A stretch of DNA of 59,790 bases from Chloroflexota bacterium (lineage in GTDB: Bacteria; Chloroflexota; UBA11872; UBA12225). The stretch lies in the NCBI GenBank assembly GCA_947446285.1, contig CANFGH010000006.1, positions 1 through 59,790 on the forward strand. Reading direction: 5' to 3'. The translations under genes were made by a program, and so were the position numbers. This document shows, in pieces, positions 48,142-59,790 of the stretch (within the stretch, counting starts at the first letter, position 1; each line of letters opens with the position of its first letter). Under the pieces are notes generated by a model, which saw nothing but the letters and a program-made list of their open reading frames with translations, made no database searches and had not been told where the DNA came from.

Positions 48142-50181
48142 TTGGCACGAATGCTGATCCGTCGCCGGTCGTTCCGGGAAGAGGCGCCTGGGCCACGGAC
48201 GCTTCTCATCGTCCTGCTTTCTGGGCTTCTGTTGCTCGGAGGGTGCGGGATCGGGGTCGCCGGTGGGGCGGGCTTTGCCTACACGGCGGTCATGCGTGAC
48301 CTTCCAAAGGCGGCCGACCTGAAATCACGCCCGATGGCCCAAGTCACGAGTCTTTACGACCGCACTGGGACCCAACTTCTTTACGAGTTCTACGAGGAAC
48401 GCCGGTTCTGGGTCGACCTACGCGATGTCAACCCGGTCATGATCAAGGCCACCCTTGCCGCCGAGGATGTCAGTTTCTATTCCCATCCCGGTTTTGACGT
48501 CCGCGGGATCATTCGGGCAGTCGTGAATGACTTGACCCGGCGCCGGGGCGGGACGCAGGGTGGATCAACCATCACGCAGCAGTTGGTGAAGCGGCTGCTG
48601 CTTTCCAGCGAGCAGACCTACATCCGCAAGATACGTGAACTCGTGCTTGCGGTTCAAGTTGAACAGGTCTACTCAAAGGATGAGGTACTTGAGCTCTACC
48701 TCAACCAAGTCTTTTATGGGAACCAGTCCTACGGAATTGAGGCAGCCGCGCTGTCGTACTTCGGCAAGCACGCCAATGAACTCAACCTCGCCGAGGCGAC
48801 GATCCTCGCTGGGCTTGTGCAAGCCCCATCCGATTACGATCCCGTCATCAACCCCAAGGCGGCGCTTGACCGTCAGGACGATGTCCTTTCCGTGATGGTG
48901 CGATACCAGATGGCCACGCAAGCGGAGGCTGATGAGGCTCGGCTCGAAGCTGAGGCATTTAGCTACAAGCAGTTGCGCACAGACATAAAAGTTCCCCACT
49001 TCGCCTTCTACGCGCGCGAGCAACTCTCCCGCAGGGTAGACCCGGAGGCATTGCGTGGAGGCCTAGCCGTCATCACGACAATCGACCTGGCTCAGCAGCA
49101 GATGGCGCAGGACATCGTGGCGAAGCGGGTCGCCGGACTGAAGTCACAGCGGGTCAACAACGGTGCCCTCGTCTCCGTCAATCCCCGAACCGGCGAAATC
49201 CTCGCGATGGTCGGCAGCGTCGATTTCAAAAACGTCGAGATCGACGGGCAGGTGAATGTGGCGACATCGCTGCGACAGCCCGGGTCCTCATTCAAGCCTC
49301 TGGCATTCGCGGCGCTCTTCGCGACCCGGAAGTGGGTTCCGGCAACAACGGTCGTTGACGAGCCGATGACCCGTCCGGACACGAGTGCACCGTCAGGCAT
49401 CTACCGCCCTGTCAATTACGACGGAAAGTTCCATGGAACCGTCACGCTGAGGTCCGCGCTTGCGAATTCGTACAACATCCCGGCACTGCTCGTGCAGGAG
49501 ACGCTTGGCACCAAGGAATTGGTCCGGATTGCCCGGGCCCTGGGGATTGCGACCCCGCTGCCAGAGGTGCAGAGCCTGACACTTGGGGCTGGCACGGTGC
49601 GCCTCCTTGATATGGTGGGGGCCTACAGTGCGTTCGCAAATGATGGGATGCGCGTTGATCCGACACCATTCCTACGGATCTCATACAAATCTGGAGCCGT
49701 GATCTGGGACGCTACCGAAGTCCGGGGGGAACGGGTCTTGCCGTCCGAATCCGCGTACATGGTTACGTCGATCCTTTCGGAAAATCGGGCACGTTACCCG
49801 ATGTTCGGTACCGTTCTGGATCTCGCGGGAGGTCGGATTGCGGCTGTTAAAACCGGAACAACCAACGACTACAAGGACTCACTGACGATTGGGTACACGC
49901 CGAGCCTGGTGGTCGGTGTATGGGTTGGCAACACCGACTCGAAGCCGATGATGCAGGTTGCGGGCAGCCTTGGTGCGGGTGGGATCTGGAAGGAGTTCAT
50001 GGACACGTGGCTCAAGGGTCGCCCCCTAGAGACGTTCCCGATGCCTGCCACGGTCAAGACGGGGACGGTGTGTGGCGTGCCGGAACTTCTGTACGTCGGT
50101 GCGCCGCCGCCGCAGTGCGGCATTGCCGGGGCTGGCCCGGTTCGCACTCCCCGGCCGACGCCTGACCTGCCTCCTGCTTGA
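48142..50181 (+). CDS. Class A penicillin-binding protein (PBP1A family)
   Basis: Transglycosylase motifs AAED..FY.H.G and GGSTITQQL; transpeptidase motifs SSFK, SYN, KTG. Confidence 0.95.
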   Translation: MARMLIRRRSFREEAPGPRTLLIVLLSGLLLLGGCGIGVAGGAGFAYTAVMRDLPKAADLKSRPMAQVTSLYDRTGTQLLYEFYEERRFWVDLRDVNPVMIKATLAAEDVSFYSHPGFDVRGIIRAVVNDLTRRRGGTQGGSTITQQLVKRLLLSSEQTYIRKIRELVLAVQVEQVYSKDEVLELYLNQVFYGNQSYGIEAAALSYFGKHANELNLAEATILAGLVQAPSDYDPVINPKAALDRQDDVLSVMVRYQMATQAEADEARLEAEAFSYKQLRTDIKVPHFAFYAREQLSRRVDPEALRGGLAVITTIDLAQQQMAQDIVAKRVAGLKSQRVNNGALVSVNPRTGEILAMVGSVDFKNVEIDGQVNVATSLRQPGSSFKPLAFAALFATRKWVPATTVVDEPMTRPDTSAPSGIYRPVNYDGKFHGTVTLRSALANSYNIPALLVQETLGTKELVRIARALGIATPLPEVQSLTLGAGTVRLLDMVGAYSAFANDGMRVDPTPFLRISYKSGAVIWDATEVRGERVLPSESAYMVTSILSENRARYPMFGTVLDLAGGRIAAVKTGTTNDYKDSLTIGYTPSLVVGVWVGNTDSKPMMQVAGSLGAGGIWKEFMDTWLKGRPLETFPMPATVKTGTVCGVPELLYVGAPPPQCGIAGAGPVRTPRPTPDLPPA

Positions 50182-50241
50182 CCGCTTGGGCCGTCCGATG
50201 TCCTCGTCAGTCGGTATCGTGACAACGTGACATGTCGCTCC

Positions 50242-50271
50242 CTTGACAACAAGGCACTCAAGTATTATGCT
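50242..50271 (+). promoter_or_regulatory. Sigma70 promoter overlapped by a HAIR-like (HspR) operator
   Basis: TTGACA-N17-TATGCT; CTTGACA-N7-ACTCAAG (50242-50262) versus HAIR consensus CTTGAGT-N7-ACTCAAG. Confidence 0.8.
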
Positions 50272-50320
50272 GACACCAGTACCAGCGTGGTCGTGACCGG
50301 CCACCGCCCGAGGTGAAAGA

Positions 50321-52909
50321 TTGTCTGACCTGGTGGCCCCGGAACGTGCCAAGCCCCGGCGTCGCCGTGGGTCCCGTGATCTGCCCGCATCCCTGCCGGT
50401 CCTGCCACTGATCAACACCGTCGTTTTCCCGAGAATGACGGTGCCTCTTCTCGTCGAGATGCCTGCATCGATAAGCGCGGTCCTCTCGGCGAACACGGAC
50501 CGTCCCGTCGTGATGCTTGTCGCGCAGCGACGCGAGGACTTGGGCATCGTAAGCCCTGAGGATCTCTATCAGGTTGGCACGGTCGCCCAGGTGGTGCAGT
50601 CCATTCGTGTGCCAAGTGGTGGACTGCAAGTGGTGGTGCAGGGCCTGACGCGGGCAAAAGTGATCGCGTGCACGAGTGTCGACTACGCGACCGGCGAACC
50701 GCGTGTTCCGGAAATGCCGACGGTGGAAGGTGCCGAACGAGTAGGGACAGCCGTGGAAGCGGAGACTGGCGGCGGGTCCGACGGTGACGGCGCTGGTGAA
50801 GACGCGGTGACGCCTACGACCGGACCCGGACCGACATTCCTGAGGACGACCTACGAAGCGCTTTCAGAAGGTGATACCCGCACGCTGACCACCGAGGCGC
50901 TCATGCGGTCGGTGATGAACCAACTTGAGCAACTGATCGAGAAGGGTCGTTCAGGCCATCCAGAAGTGCTCACCACGGCGCGTAGCACCGAGGAACCCGG
51001 TTGGCTGGCGGATATCGCGGCATTCGCACCGGACCTGACGGTTCCCCAGAGGCAACAGATCCTTGAGATCACTGACCCTACTAACCGCTTGCGTGCCGTC
51101 TCTGGGTTCCTTTCGCATCACTTGGACATTGTTGATCTGAAGAACAAGATCCAGGGTGAAATCCACAAGGGCATGGAGAAGACGCAGAGGGAATATTTCC
51201 TCCGCGAACAGATCAAGGCTATCCACAGGGAACTCGGTGACGGCGATCCACAGCAAACGGAAATCGAAGGCTTGCGTCAACGGGTTGTCCAGGCCGGAAT
51301 GCCCGAGGCTGTCCGCGAACGCGCGACGCGTGAGATTGACCGGTTGCCAATGATTCCGCCCGGGTCGCCCGAGACGGGAATCGTCCGCACCTATGTCGAT
51401 TGGCTTGTCAGCCTCCCGTGGTCAAAAGAGACGCCCGACTCGCTTCACCTTCGTGACGCGGAACGGATTCTTGACGAGGATCATTTCGGTCTCGAGAAGG
51501 TGAAGGAGCGGATCATCGAGTTCCTCGCGGTTCGGCGCCTGTCCGGGAAACTGCGTAGCCCGATCCTGTGCCTCGCCGGACCTCCGGGTGTCGGGAAGAC
51601 CAGTCTGGGTCGGAGCATCGCCCGCGCCATGGGGAGGACGTTTGTCCGCATCAGTCTCGGTGGCGTACGGGATGAGGCGGAGATCCGCGGGCACCGGCGC
51701 ACGTATGTCGGCGCGATGCCAGGTAGGATCCTCCGCGGGATGCGCGACGCGGGTGCTCGCAACCCGATCTTCATGCTCGATGAAATCGACAAGATCGGTC
51801 GCGACTTCCGTGGTGATCCGTCGAGTGCGTTGCTTGAAGTGCTTGACCCGGAGCAGAATGCCACCTTCTCCGATCACTACCTCGAAGCGCCCTTTGACTT
51901 GTCGCGGGTGCTCTTCATCACGACCGCCAACTTGTTGGACCCAATCCCGCCGGCGCTTCGGGATCGGATGGAGGTGATCTCCATTCCCGGATACACCGAG
52001 GAGGAGAAGGTCCAGATCGCAGCCCGGTTCGTGGTTCCGCGGCAGCTCGAGCAGCATGGGGTCACGACTTCTCACGTGCAGATCGACGATGAGGCACTAC
52101 GCCTGATCATCCGGGGGCATACCCGCGAAGCGGGCGTGAGAAACCTTGATCGGCAGATTGCTCAGGTTTGCCGCAAGGTGGCGCGTACGGTCGCAGAGGC
52201 GGCAGATGACGCAGCTGCGCAGGCGGTCACGGTTCACGTGACGGCAGAAACGATCGACGGGTTCCTAGGGCCTGTCAGGTTCGAAACTGGTGAGGGTGCA
52301 CGTCGGGATGAAGCTGGTGTGGCGTTTGGCCTGGCAGTGACCGAGACGGGTGGTGACCTGATCGAAGTGGAGGCCACGTGGGTTCCGGGCCGGACCGATG
52401 CCCAGGCTCCTCTGGTGTTGACCGGCCAACTTGGCGACGTCATGCAGGAATCGGTGCGTGCAGCGTTCAGTTACGTGCGGGGACGCGCGGCTGACTTCGG
52501 TGTTACGCCCAATTTCTTCGAGACGCACGGGGTCCACGTGCATGTTCCGGCCGGGGCGCAGCCAAAGGATGGGCCGTCAGCGGGGATCACGATGACCACC
52601 GCGATTGCTTCGGCCCTTTCCGGTCGTGCCGTCCGGTCCGATGTTGCGATGACCGGGGAAGTCACTTTGCGGGGCAAGGTATTGGCAATCGGTGGCGTCA
52701 AGCAGAAGGCGCTCGCGGCGCATCGCGCCGGGATGAAGGTGCTGATCCTGCCCGCTGAGAACCGCAAGGACCTGCCGGACATCCCGCCTGATATCCGGAA
52801 GGCTCTAAGAATCGTCTGGGTCGAGGAGGTTGATGAAGTGTTGCGACTGGCATTGCGTCCGACACCGAATGGTTCGGCTCGCATTCCGGCCCCACCATCC
52901 ACACCATAG
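50321..52909 (+). CDS. lon: ATP-dependent protease La
   Basis: GPPGVGKTS, RGHRRTYVGAMPG, LDEIDK, PKDGPSAG, IGGVKQK. Confidence 0.97.
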   Translation: MSDLVAPERAKPRRRRGSRDLPASLPVLPLINTVVFPRMTVPLLVEMPASISAVLSANTDRPVVMLVAQRREDLGIVSPEDLYQVGTVAQVVQSIRVPSGGLQVVVQGLTRAKVIACTSVDYATGEPRVPEMPTVEGAERVGTAVEAETGGGSDGDGAGEDAVTPTTGPGPTFLRTTYEALSEGDTRTLTTEALMRSVMNQLEQLIEKGRSGHPEVLTTARSTEEPGWLADIAAFAPDLTVPQRQQILEITDPTNRLRAVSGFLSHHLDIVDLKNKIQGEIHKGMEKTQREYFLREQIKAIHRELGDGDPQQTEIEGLRQRVVQAGMPEAVRERATREIDRLPMIPPGSPETGIVRTYVDWLVSLPWSKETPDSLHLRDAERILDEDHFGLEKVKERIIEFLAVRRLSGKLRSPILCLAGPPGVGKTSLGRSIARAMGRTFVRISLGGVRDEAEIRGHRRTYVGAMPGRILRGMRDAGARNPIFMLDEIDKIGRDFRGDPSSALLEVLDPEQNATFSDHYLEAPFDLSRVLFITTANLLDPIPPALRDRMEVISIPGYTEEEKVQIAARFVVPRQLEQHGVTTSHVQIDDEALRLIIRGHTREAGVRNLDRQIAQVCRKVARTVAEAADDAAAQAVTVHVTAETIDGFLGPVRFETGEGARRDEAGVAFGLAVTETGGDLIEVEATWVPGRTDAQAPLVLTGQLGDVMQESVRAAFSYVRGRAADFGVTPNFFETHGVHVHVPAGAQPKDGPSAGITMTTAIASALSGRAVRSDVAMTGEVTLRGKVLAIGGVKQKALAAHRAGMKVLILPAENRKDLPDIPPDIRKALRIVWVEEVDEVLRLALRPTPNGSARIPAPPSTP

Positions 52910-53024
52910 GGAAGCCCGTCAATGTTTCCAACACTGCCCCGATGGGGCGTGAACTCACAGGAATTGGCGCGGGGTGGCAACCACCAACGCGTACGAACCC
53001 GATAACGTCGGAGGGAAAGCAGTC

Positions 53025-54947
53025 ATGGCAAAGGTAGTAGGCATCGATCTCGGGACCACCAATTCGGTCATCGCGGTCATGGAGGCCGGTGACCCGGTCG
53101 TCATCCCCAATGCGGAAGGTGGGCGACTGACGCCGTCAGTGGTCGCATTCACGAAGACCGGTGAGCGCCTGGTCGGGCAGCTTGCCCGCCGGCAGTCGGT
53201 CCTGAACTCTGAGAACACGGTTGCGTCGATCAAGCGGTTCATGGGAATGGGCTTGGCGCAACGTCAGTCCGAGGCTTCTAGCACGGCGTATAAGATGGTC
53301 GCGGGCCCAAAGGGTGAGGCGCGGGTAAACCTGCCGAACGGCGGGAAGGATTTCTCGCCCGAGGAGGTTTCGGCCTTCATCTTGCAGAAGCTCAAGACCG
53401 ACGCCGAGAAGTACCTCGGTGAGAAGGTCACCCAGGCGGTAATCACCGTCCCGGCGTACTTCAACGATGCACAACGTCAGGCAACCAAGAATGCCGGACA
53501 GATTGCGGGTCTCGAAGTCCTCCGGATCATCAACGAGCCCACGGCCGCGGCCCTTGCGTACGGACTAGACAAGAAGAAGGCCGAGACCATCCTTGTGTGG
53601 GACCTTGGTGGTGGAACCTTCGATGTCTCGATCCTCGAAGTAGGTGACGGGGTGTTCGAGGTCAAGAGTACTGCCGGTGACACGCACCTCGGCGGTGATG
53701 ACTACGACCAGCGAATACTGCAATTCGTCGCCGAGCAGTACCTGCGCGAGGAAGGGATTGACCTTCGCAAGGACAAGCAGGCCTTGCAGCGCCTGATTGA
53801 AGCATCAGAGAAGGCGAAGATCGAATTGTCTGGCGTGATGCAGACCGAGATCAACCTTCCCTTCATCACTGCCGACCAGAATGGTCCGAAGCATCTCGCG
53901 GTCACGCTATCCCGGGCGAAGTTCGAGGAGATTACCTCCGAGATCACTGAGCGGTGTGTCGCTCCGTTCCGGCAGGCGCTGAACGATGCACGCCTCGATG
54001 CGAGCAAGATCGATGAGATTGTCCTTGTGGGCGGATCGACCCGTATGCCGGTCATCCAGCAACTAGTAAAGCGCCTGACGGGCAAGGAGCCAAACCTCGG
54101 CGTCAACCCCGATGAGGTCGTGGCCGTGGGTGCTGCCATCCAGGCGGCGGTGCTGACCGGCGAGGTCAAGGATGTCGTTCTTCTCGACGTCACGCCACTG
54201 TCGCTCGGTGTCGAGACCCTTGGTAGCGTGATGCAGCGGATGATCGAGCGCAACACGACCATCCCAACGCGCAAGGCTGAGACGTTCTCGACCGCCGAGG
54301 ACAGCCAGACCGCAGTGGATATCCACGTCCTGCAGGGCGAACGTCCACTGGCACGCGACAACATGACTCTTGGTCGGTTCCGCCTGGAGGGAATCCCGGC
54401 GGCGCCTCGCGGGGTGCCTCAAGTTGAGGTCACGTTTGACATCGATGCGAACGGCATCCTGAATGTGTCGGCGAAGGACCTTGGCACCGGGCGTGAACAG
54501 CGGGTCACCATTACCGCAAGCACTCACCTCGACAAGTCCCAGGTGGACCGCATGGTGCGCGAGTCGGAGCAGTACGCTGCCGAGGACGCCAAGCGTCGCG
54601 AGGAGATCGAGACGCGGAATCGTGCGGACAGTCTGGTCTACCAGACTGAGAAGACCCTCAAGGACTATGGCGACAAGGTCAGTGAGGCCGAGCGTACCGA
54701 GATCGAAACGTCGGTAACTAGCCTCAAGGAAGCCCTGAAGGGTGAGGACGCAGATCGGATCAAGTCACTGACCGAGGAGGTCGAGCGGGTCTCGTTCAAG
54801 CTGGCTGAGGCGATGTACAAGCAGACCGGCCCAGGTGGCGCCGACGATGCCGGCGGTGAACCAGGTGCGCCGAATGCCGCGAAGCCTGGACCGGATGACG
54901 ACATCGTGGACGCCGAGTTCAAGGCATCTGACGACAAGCGCAAGTAG
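53025..54947 (+). CDS. dnaK: Chaperone DnaK
   Basis: [39 protein letters not shown]. Confidence 0.99.
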   Translation: MAKVVGIDLGTTNSVIAVMEAGDPVVIPNAEGGRLTPSVVAFTKTGERLVGQLARRQSVLNSENTVASIKRFMGMGLAQRQSEASSTAYKMVAGPKGEARVNLPNGGKDFSPEEVSAFILQKLKTDAEKYLGEKVTQAVITVPAYFNDAQRQATKNAGQIAGLEVLRIINEPTAAALAYGLDKKKAETILVWDLGGGTFDVSILEVGDGVFEVKSTAGDTHLGGDDYDQRILQFVAEQYLREEGIDLRKDKQALQRLIEASEKAKIELSGVMQTEINLPFITADQNGPKHLAVTLSRAKFEEITSEITERCVAPFRQALNDARLDASKIDEIVLVGGSTRMPVIQQLVKRLTGKEPNLGVNPDEVVAVGAAIQAAVLTGEVKDVVLLDVTPLSLGVETLGSVMQRMIERNTTIPTRKAETFSTAEDSQTAVDIHVLQGERPLARDNMTLGRFRLEGIPAAPRGVPQVEVTFDIDANGILNVSAKDLGTGREQRVTITASTHLDKSQVDRMVRESEQYAAEDAKRREEIETRNRADSLVYQTEKTLKDYGDKVSEAERTEIETSVTSLKEALKGEDADRIKSLTEEVERVSFKLAEAMYKQTGPGGADDAGGEPGAPNAAKPGPDDDIVDAEFKASDDKRK

Positions 54948-55101
54948 GCAGTCCCGTGCGTGGCCCGACCGTCCCACCTAGGCTTCGTCGACACGTCACA
55001 CGTGTGTCGGCGGTCAGTGGTGGGGCGTGTCCCCACTCCGCTGCACTGCCAAAGTGCGGATGACAGTGTTCGGGTGCATGCCGGCCATGGGAGCGTGACC
55101 G

Positions 55102-55644
55102 ATGGAAACAACAATCGACGGAAATGGTGCTGATGGGGCTGAGGTGGTCGTGCCTGCGACGCCTGAGGAACACATCGCGCATTTGGAAGCAGAACTCGCG
55201 GCGGCCAGGGATTTGGCGGCGAAGGCCGAGAAGGATGTCCTGTACGTCCGAGCGGACTTTGAGAACAGCCGGAAGCGGCTACAGCAATCGTACTCCGACC
55301 AGGCGCGCCGACAGCAGAAGGGGTTGCTTGGCAAGATGCTGGCTGTCCTTGACAACCTCGATCGCGCCGTTGCGTACGGCGAGAGTTCGGCAGTGGATGC
55401 CGAGCGCATGATGCAGGGGGTTCGCCTGACCCACTCGTTACTTCGCGATGCCTTGGTTGCCGAGGGGGTCAAGGAGATTGCGGCCACTGGCGAGATGTTC
55501 GATCCGGCGGTTCATGAGGCAATCGCAAGCGAAGTTGCACCTGACCGTCCCGACGGTCAGATCATTGCGGAACTCCAACGGGGATACAGGTTCGGCGACG
55601 AACTGCTGCGCCCGTCGCTGGTGCGCGTTGCGACACGGGAATGA
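55102..55644 (+). CDS. grpE: Nucleotide exchange factor GrpE
   Basis: RADFENSRKR, VLDNLDRA, FDPAVHEA, GY…LLRPSLV. Confidence 0.95.
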   Translation: METTIDGNGADGAEVVVPATPEEHIAHLEAELAAARDLAAKAEKDVLYVRADFENSRKRLQQSYSDQARRQQKGLLGKMLAVLDNLDRAVAYGESSAVDAERMMQGVRLTHSLLRDALVAEGVKEIAATGEMFDPAVHEAIASEVAPDRPDGQIIAELQRGYRFGDELLRPSLVRVATRE

Positions 55645-55786
55645 CGCAACCTCGCCCCGGGATTTCCATATGCGTCGGTTGGCTCGCCCATCGCACATGA
55701 GTGCGATGCGATTTGCTTTGGGCAACGGGACTGGTGTGTGCGACATGTTCGACGCACGCCTGGCGGGGAAGGCGCCTTGAGGCCAG

Positions 55787-56737
55787 ATGAACAAGGATTA
55801 CTACAAGGTTCTCGGGGTCCCGCGGACGGCGACCGAACGTGACATCAAGACGGCGTATCGGAAGCTGGCGCGCCAGTACCACCCGGATGTGAATCCTGGG
55901 AACGCCCAGGCTGAGGAACGGTTCAAAGAGATTGCCGAGGCGCACGACGTGTTGTCGGATCCGGAGAAGCGTCGTCGCTTTGACCAGTTCGGATCCGGTG
56001 GCCCTCGGGCCGGTGCAGGGCCCGGAAGGGGCAGCGCGGTCAATTGGGCGGACGTGTTGCGTCAGTCCCAAGGGCAGCAACGCGGCGGCCGGAGGCGGGT
56101 GCCGGAGGCGGAACCAGACATGTCCGACCTCCTAAAGGACCTGTTCGGTCGGGCAGGGGCGGGACGTGCCGGCGGCGGAGCGGGCCGTCCGCGCGTTGGC
56201 GAAAACCTTGAACAGGAGCTCTCTGTGTCACTTGAGGACGCGTTCCGCGGCGCCGTGCGGGAGTTTCAAGTAGAGGTTCCCGATGAGACCGGCACGGCGG
56301 TTCGCGAACGGATCGAACTCAAGATCCCGATCGGGGTGCGGGAAGGCGTGAAACTGCGTGTCGCCGGCAAGGGCTATTTCGGGCCAGGCGGCGGACCTCG
56401 AGGCGACCTGCTGTTCAAGGTGGTTATTGCGCCCCATGCGACGATCGAACGGCGCGGTGACGACCTTCACACCGAAGTTCCGGTGGCGGTGTGGGATGCA
56501 ATGCTGGGGGGCGAAGTAGAGTTGCGGACCTTGGGTGGTTCGGGAACGTTTCGCCTACCCGCCGAGACGCAGAATGGACGTACTTTTCGCTTGACCGGGC
56601 AGGGGATGCCACGCATCGAGGGGGGCAAGGGAGACCTGTATGCCAAGGTCAAGGTCGTCCTTCCACAGGAACTTACAGCCCGGGAGAAGGAACTGATCGA
56701 AGATCTCCGGCGGGGCCGCTCCGGACCGGACGGCTAG
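55787..56737 (+). CDS. Class B J-domain protein (CbpA/DnaJ-like, no zinc finger)
   Basis: [12 protein letters not shown]-rich linker, DnaJ C-terminal domain; no CxxCxGxG repeats. Confidence 0.9.
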   Translation: MNKDYYKVLGVPRTATERDIKTAYRKLARQYHPDVNPGNAQAEERFKEIAEAHDVLSDPEKRRRFDQFGSGGPRAGAGPGRGSAVNWADVLRQSQGQQRGGRRRVPEAEPDMSDLLKDLFGRAGAGRAGGGAGRPRVGENLEQELSVSLEDAFRGAVREFQVEVPDETGTAVRERIELKIPIGVREGVKLRVAGKGYFGPGGGPRGDLLFKVVIAPHATIERRGDDLHTEVPVAVWDAMLGGEVELRTLGGSGTFRLPAETQNGRTFRLTGQGMPRIEGGKGDLYAKVKVVLPQELTAREKELIEDLRRGRSGPDG

Positions 56738-56760
56738 GTAGGCTGAGGAGGTGACGCGTC

Positions 56761-57126
56761 ATGCCAATCCTTGATGATGAACCGTGTCTGACCATCGGCG
56801 TGGTCCACACGAAACTGGGCCTGCATCCGCAGACGATCCGACACTGGGAGAAACTGGGCTTGGTGCGACCGCACCGCGTTCAGAACGGAACCCGGGTGCG
56901 CATGTTCTCGGCAAAGGACCTTGAACGGATTTCACTCATCAAGCGGTGGATGGATGAACTCGGGGTCAACCTCGCAGGGGTCGAGATCATGCTGCGCATG
57001 CATGAACAGATCGAGCAACTTGCCGAACAGTCTGCCCGGGAACGTCAGGCACTGGTCGACCAGTACGAAACCGAGATACGTCGTCTCAAGGACATGTTGT
57101 TGCGTGTCCAAGCGGAGCGACGGTAG
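56761..57126 (+). CDS. hspR: MerR-family heat-shock repressor HspR
   Basis: TIGVV…LHPQTIRHWEKLGLVRP.R, ELGVNLAGVEI; directly after the J-protein gene. Confidence 0.88.
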   Translation: MPILDDEPCLTIGVVHTKLGLHPQTIRHWEKLGLVRPHRVQNGTRVRMFSAKDLERISLIKRWMDELGVNLAGVEIMLRMHEQIEQLAEQSARERQALVDQYETEIRRLKDMLLRVQAERR

Positions 57127-57306
57127 GGCGGACGGCCTCAATCAACTGCCCCTCGCCTATCGGGCGGATTATTCCGATGTCCTCCCTGATAGCGGTTGCG
57201 ACAGACATGCGTGGGACCGGCAGTGGAACGCCATACAATGGCGTTTGACGGGATATGCCAGCCACGCAAACCCGGTAGTGATGCGGACCGCGCCGAAGGC
57301 CCGACG

Positions 57307-59790
57307 ATGAACACCCAGAGGTACACCCAGAAGGCAAGGGAGGCCCTCCTAGAGGCTGATCAGTACGCCCGCCTCCGCCAAGCGCCCGAGGTGGAGGTCG
57401 AGGATCTGCTGATGGCGATGCTTGACCAGAAGGACGGCATCGTTCCACGCTTGCTTTCGCGCCTCGACGTGAACCCGGTGACCGTCGCCGAAGGGTTGGA
57501 CGAGGCGCTGTTCAGTGCGCCACGGGTCACTGGGTCGGCGCAGATCGGCACGGGACCACGCCTCTACCGTGCCATCCAGAACGGGTACCTCGAGGCGAAC
57601 CGACTTTCGGACCAGTACGTCAGTACTGAACACTTCCTATTGGCAATCCTCAGGGAAGACCGCTCCGGGATTGCGCCGACAGTACTGGAGCGGTGCGGTG
57701 TCACTCTCGACCGGGTTCTTGAGATTTTGACCGCGTTGCGTGGTGGCAGGCGCGTCATGGATGAGAGCCCCGAGACCAAGTACGAGGCACTCCTGCTGTA
57801 CGGCACTGATCTGACCGCCGAGGCATCTCTCGGGCGGCTTGACCCGGTGATCGGACGGGATGAAGAGATCCGGAGGGTGATCCAGGTCCTGGCACGGCGA
57901 ACCAAGAACAACCCGGTACTCATCGGAGAACCGGGCGTTGGGAAGACGGCCATCGTCGAGGGTCTCGCCCAACGGATTGTTCGCGGAGATGTGCCGGAAA
58001 CGTTGCGAAACCGAAAGGTCATCGCGATTGACCTTGGTCGTCTGGTTGCCGGGACCAAGTTTCGGGGCGAGTTCGAGGAACGCCTGAAGGCTGTTCTGTC
58101 GGATATCCAAGGATCGGCCGGTGAGGTCATCCCATTCATCGATGAATTACATATGATTGTCGGCGCCGGAGGTGCGGACGGGGCGATCGATGCAGCGAAC
58201 CTCCTGAAGCCTCTCCTCGCGCGGGGTGCGTTGCATTGCATTGGCGCGACGACCTTGGACGAGTACCGGAAACATGTCGAGAAGGATGCGGCACTTGAGC
58301 GGCGGTTCCAGCCGATCACCGTGCATGAACCCACGGTTCCGGACACGGTAAGCGTCCTACGCGGGCTCAGGGAGCGGTTCGAGACGCACCACCGGATCCG
58401 CATCCGCGATGCGGCACTCGTGGCGGCGGCGACGATGGCGCAGAGGTACATCCCTGATCGTTTTCTTCCGGACAAGGCGATTGACCTTGTCGATGAGGCG
58501 TCGTCGCGTCTTCGTATGGAAGCCGAATCGCTTCCGGCCGAACTTGATGCACGTCGGCGTCGCATCCAGCAACTTGAGATCGAACGGGTCTCCCTCGTCA
58601 AGGAAGATGACCCGGATTCGCGTGCAAGGCTGGTGCGGATCGAGGACGAACTCTCCCAGATCCGCCTTGAAGCAGGCGCACTGGACGAACAATGGTCTGA
58701 AGAGCGGGATGCCGTTGCCCGGCGGGGGCAACTGCGCCAACGGATTGACGAGGCGAGGCTGGCCCTTGAGCGCGCCAAGCGAGACCAGAACTGGGAAGAA
58801 GCCGCCAAATACGAAAATGGCGTGATACCCGAGCGGGAAAAGGAACTTGCTCGGGTAGACGCGTCGCTGGCAGGGGGTGCCGGCACGCGCCTCTTCCGCG
58901 AGATCCTTGAGGCATCGGATATCGCAGCCGTCGTGGCGGCATGGACAGGTATTCCGGTGACCCGCCTGGTTCAAACTGAAATCGAGAAGCTGCTGACGCT
59001 TGAGGACACGTTGCGCCGACGAGTCGTAGGGCAGGAACGTGCGATTGCAGTGGTGGCCGATGCGGTAAGGAGAAGCCGCGCCGGCCTGGCCGATCCGCGC
59101 CGGCCAATGGGTTCTTTTCTTTTCCTTGGACCGACCGGCGTGGGCAAGACACTGCTTGCACGGGCGCTTGCGGAGGCGTTGTTCGACAATGAGGATGCCC
59201 TGACCCGTATCGACATGTCCGAATATACGGAGAAGTCGGCTGTTTCTCGCCTCGTTGGCGCGCCACCCGGATACATCGGTCATGACCAAGGTGGGCAACT
59301 GACCGAGTCGCTGCGAAGGCGGCCGTATCAGGTGGTCCTTTTTGATGAACTGGAGAAGGCTCACCCGGAGGTCGTGAATGTCCTCCTTCAACTTATCGAG
59401 GATGGACGACTTACCGACAGTCAGGGCCGAACTGTGGATGCCCGGCAATCCTTGATTGTGTTGACCTCGAACATTGGCGCCGAGGCAGTCACTGCTTCCG
59501 GCATTGGCGACCAGGACGGTCAGGAATCGGAGTATGCGGTGGATTGGGAGGCTGTTGAGAGTCTCGTCCGAGGTCACCTTCGCGATTTTTTCCGGCCCGA
59601 GTTCATCAACCGCATCGACGATGTTGTCGTTTTTCGCCCACTGACCAAGGCGACTCTGCGTCGCATCGTTTCCCTTGAAATTGGCCGTGTGCAAGAACGG
59701 TTGGAACCGCGGCAGATTGTCTTGGATGTAACCGAGGAAGCGACTGAATATCTTGCGGGGGCGGGAGATGACCGCGCCTATGGGGCGAGA
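57307..59790 (+). CDS. clpB: Disaggregase ClpB (runs off the window end)
   Basis: Read directly from the sequence: [14 protein letters not shown]…, [34 protein letters not shown], coiled-coil middle domain, [23 protein letters not shown]. Confidence 0.96.
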   Translation, partial: MNTQRYTQKAREALLEADQYARLRQAPEVEVEDLLMAMLDQKDGIVPRLLSRLDVNPVTVAEGLDEALFSAPRVTGSAQIGTGPRLYRAIQNGYLEANRLSDQYVSTEHFLLAILREDRSGIAPTVLERCGVTLDRVLEILTALRGGRRVMDESPETKYEALLLYGTDLTAEASLGRLDPVIGRDEEIRRVIQVLARRTKNNPVLIGEPGVGKTAIVEGLAQRIVRGDVPETLRNRKVIAIDLGRLVAGTKFRGEFEERLKAVLSDIQGSAGEVIPFIDELHMIVGAGGADGAIDAANLLKPLLARGALHCIGATTLDEYRKHVEKDAALERRFQPITVHEPTVPDTVSVLRGLRERFETHHRIRIRDAALVAAATMAQRYIPDRFLPDKAIDLVDEASSRLRMEAESLPAELDARRRRIQQLEIERVSLVKEDDPDSRARLVRIEDELSQIRLEAGALDEQWSEERDAVARRGQLRQRIDEARLALERAKRDQNWEEAAKYENGVIPEREKELARVDASLAGGAGTRLFREILEASDIAAVVAAWTGIPVTRLVQTEIEKLLTLEDTLRRRVVGQERAIAVVADAVRRSRAGLADPRRPMGSFLFLGPTGVGKTLLARALAEALFDNEDALTRIDMSEYTEKSAVSRLVGAPPGYIGHDQGGQLTESLRRRPYQVVLFDELEKAHPEVVNVLLQLIEDGRLTDSQGRTVDARQSLIVLTSNIGAEAVTASGIGDQDGQESEYAVDWEAVESLVRGHLRDFFRPEFINRIDDVVVFRPLTKATLRRIVSLEIGRVQERLEPRQIVLDVTEEATEYLAGAGDDRAYGAR

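Overview
High-GC bacterial chromosomal segment made up mostly of housekeeping genes. Gene types and protein signatures suggest a Chloroflexota-like organism; this is inference only. Main blocks: a shikimate operon (aroF-aroA-aroE-aroC-aroK-aroB) preceded by an unannotated Phe/Tyr-rich leader peptide and terminator; a trp operon (trpE-G-D-C-F-S-B-A) under a Trp T-box riboswitch; tsaE-tsaB-rimI-tsaD; system II cytochrome c biogenesis genes divergent from a CIRCE-controlled groES that has no adjacent groEL; and a lon-dnaK-grpE-dnaJ(class B)-hspR-clpB cluster with a HAIR-like operator over its promoter. Three decayed genes are present (alpha/beta hydrolase, OmpR-family regulator, DoxX). I saw no rRNA, tRNA, CRISPR array, integrase or transposase. 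Most notable observations: (1) the aro attenuator leader peptide; (2) GreA fused to a tyrosine-recombinase-like core-binding domain; (3) recurrent in-frame insertions in housekeeping genes whose DNA folds into nested hairpins; (4) an 11-nt element inside the T-box that is complementary to its own specifier loop; (5) several long structured intergenic regions. All calls come from reading motifs by eye; no searches or folding computations were run.
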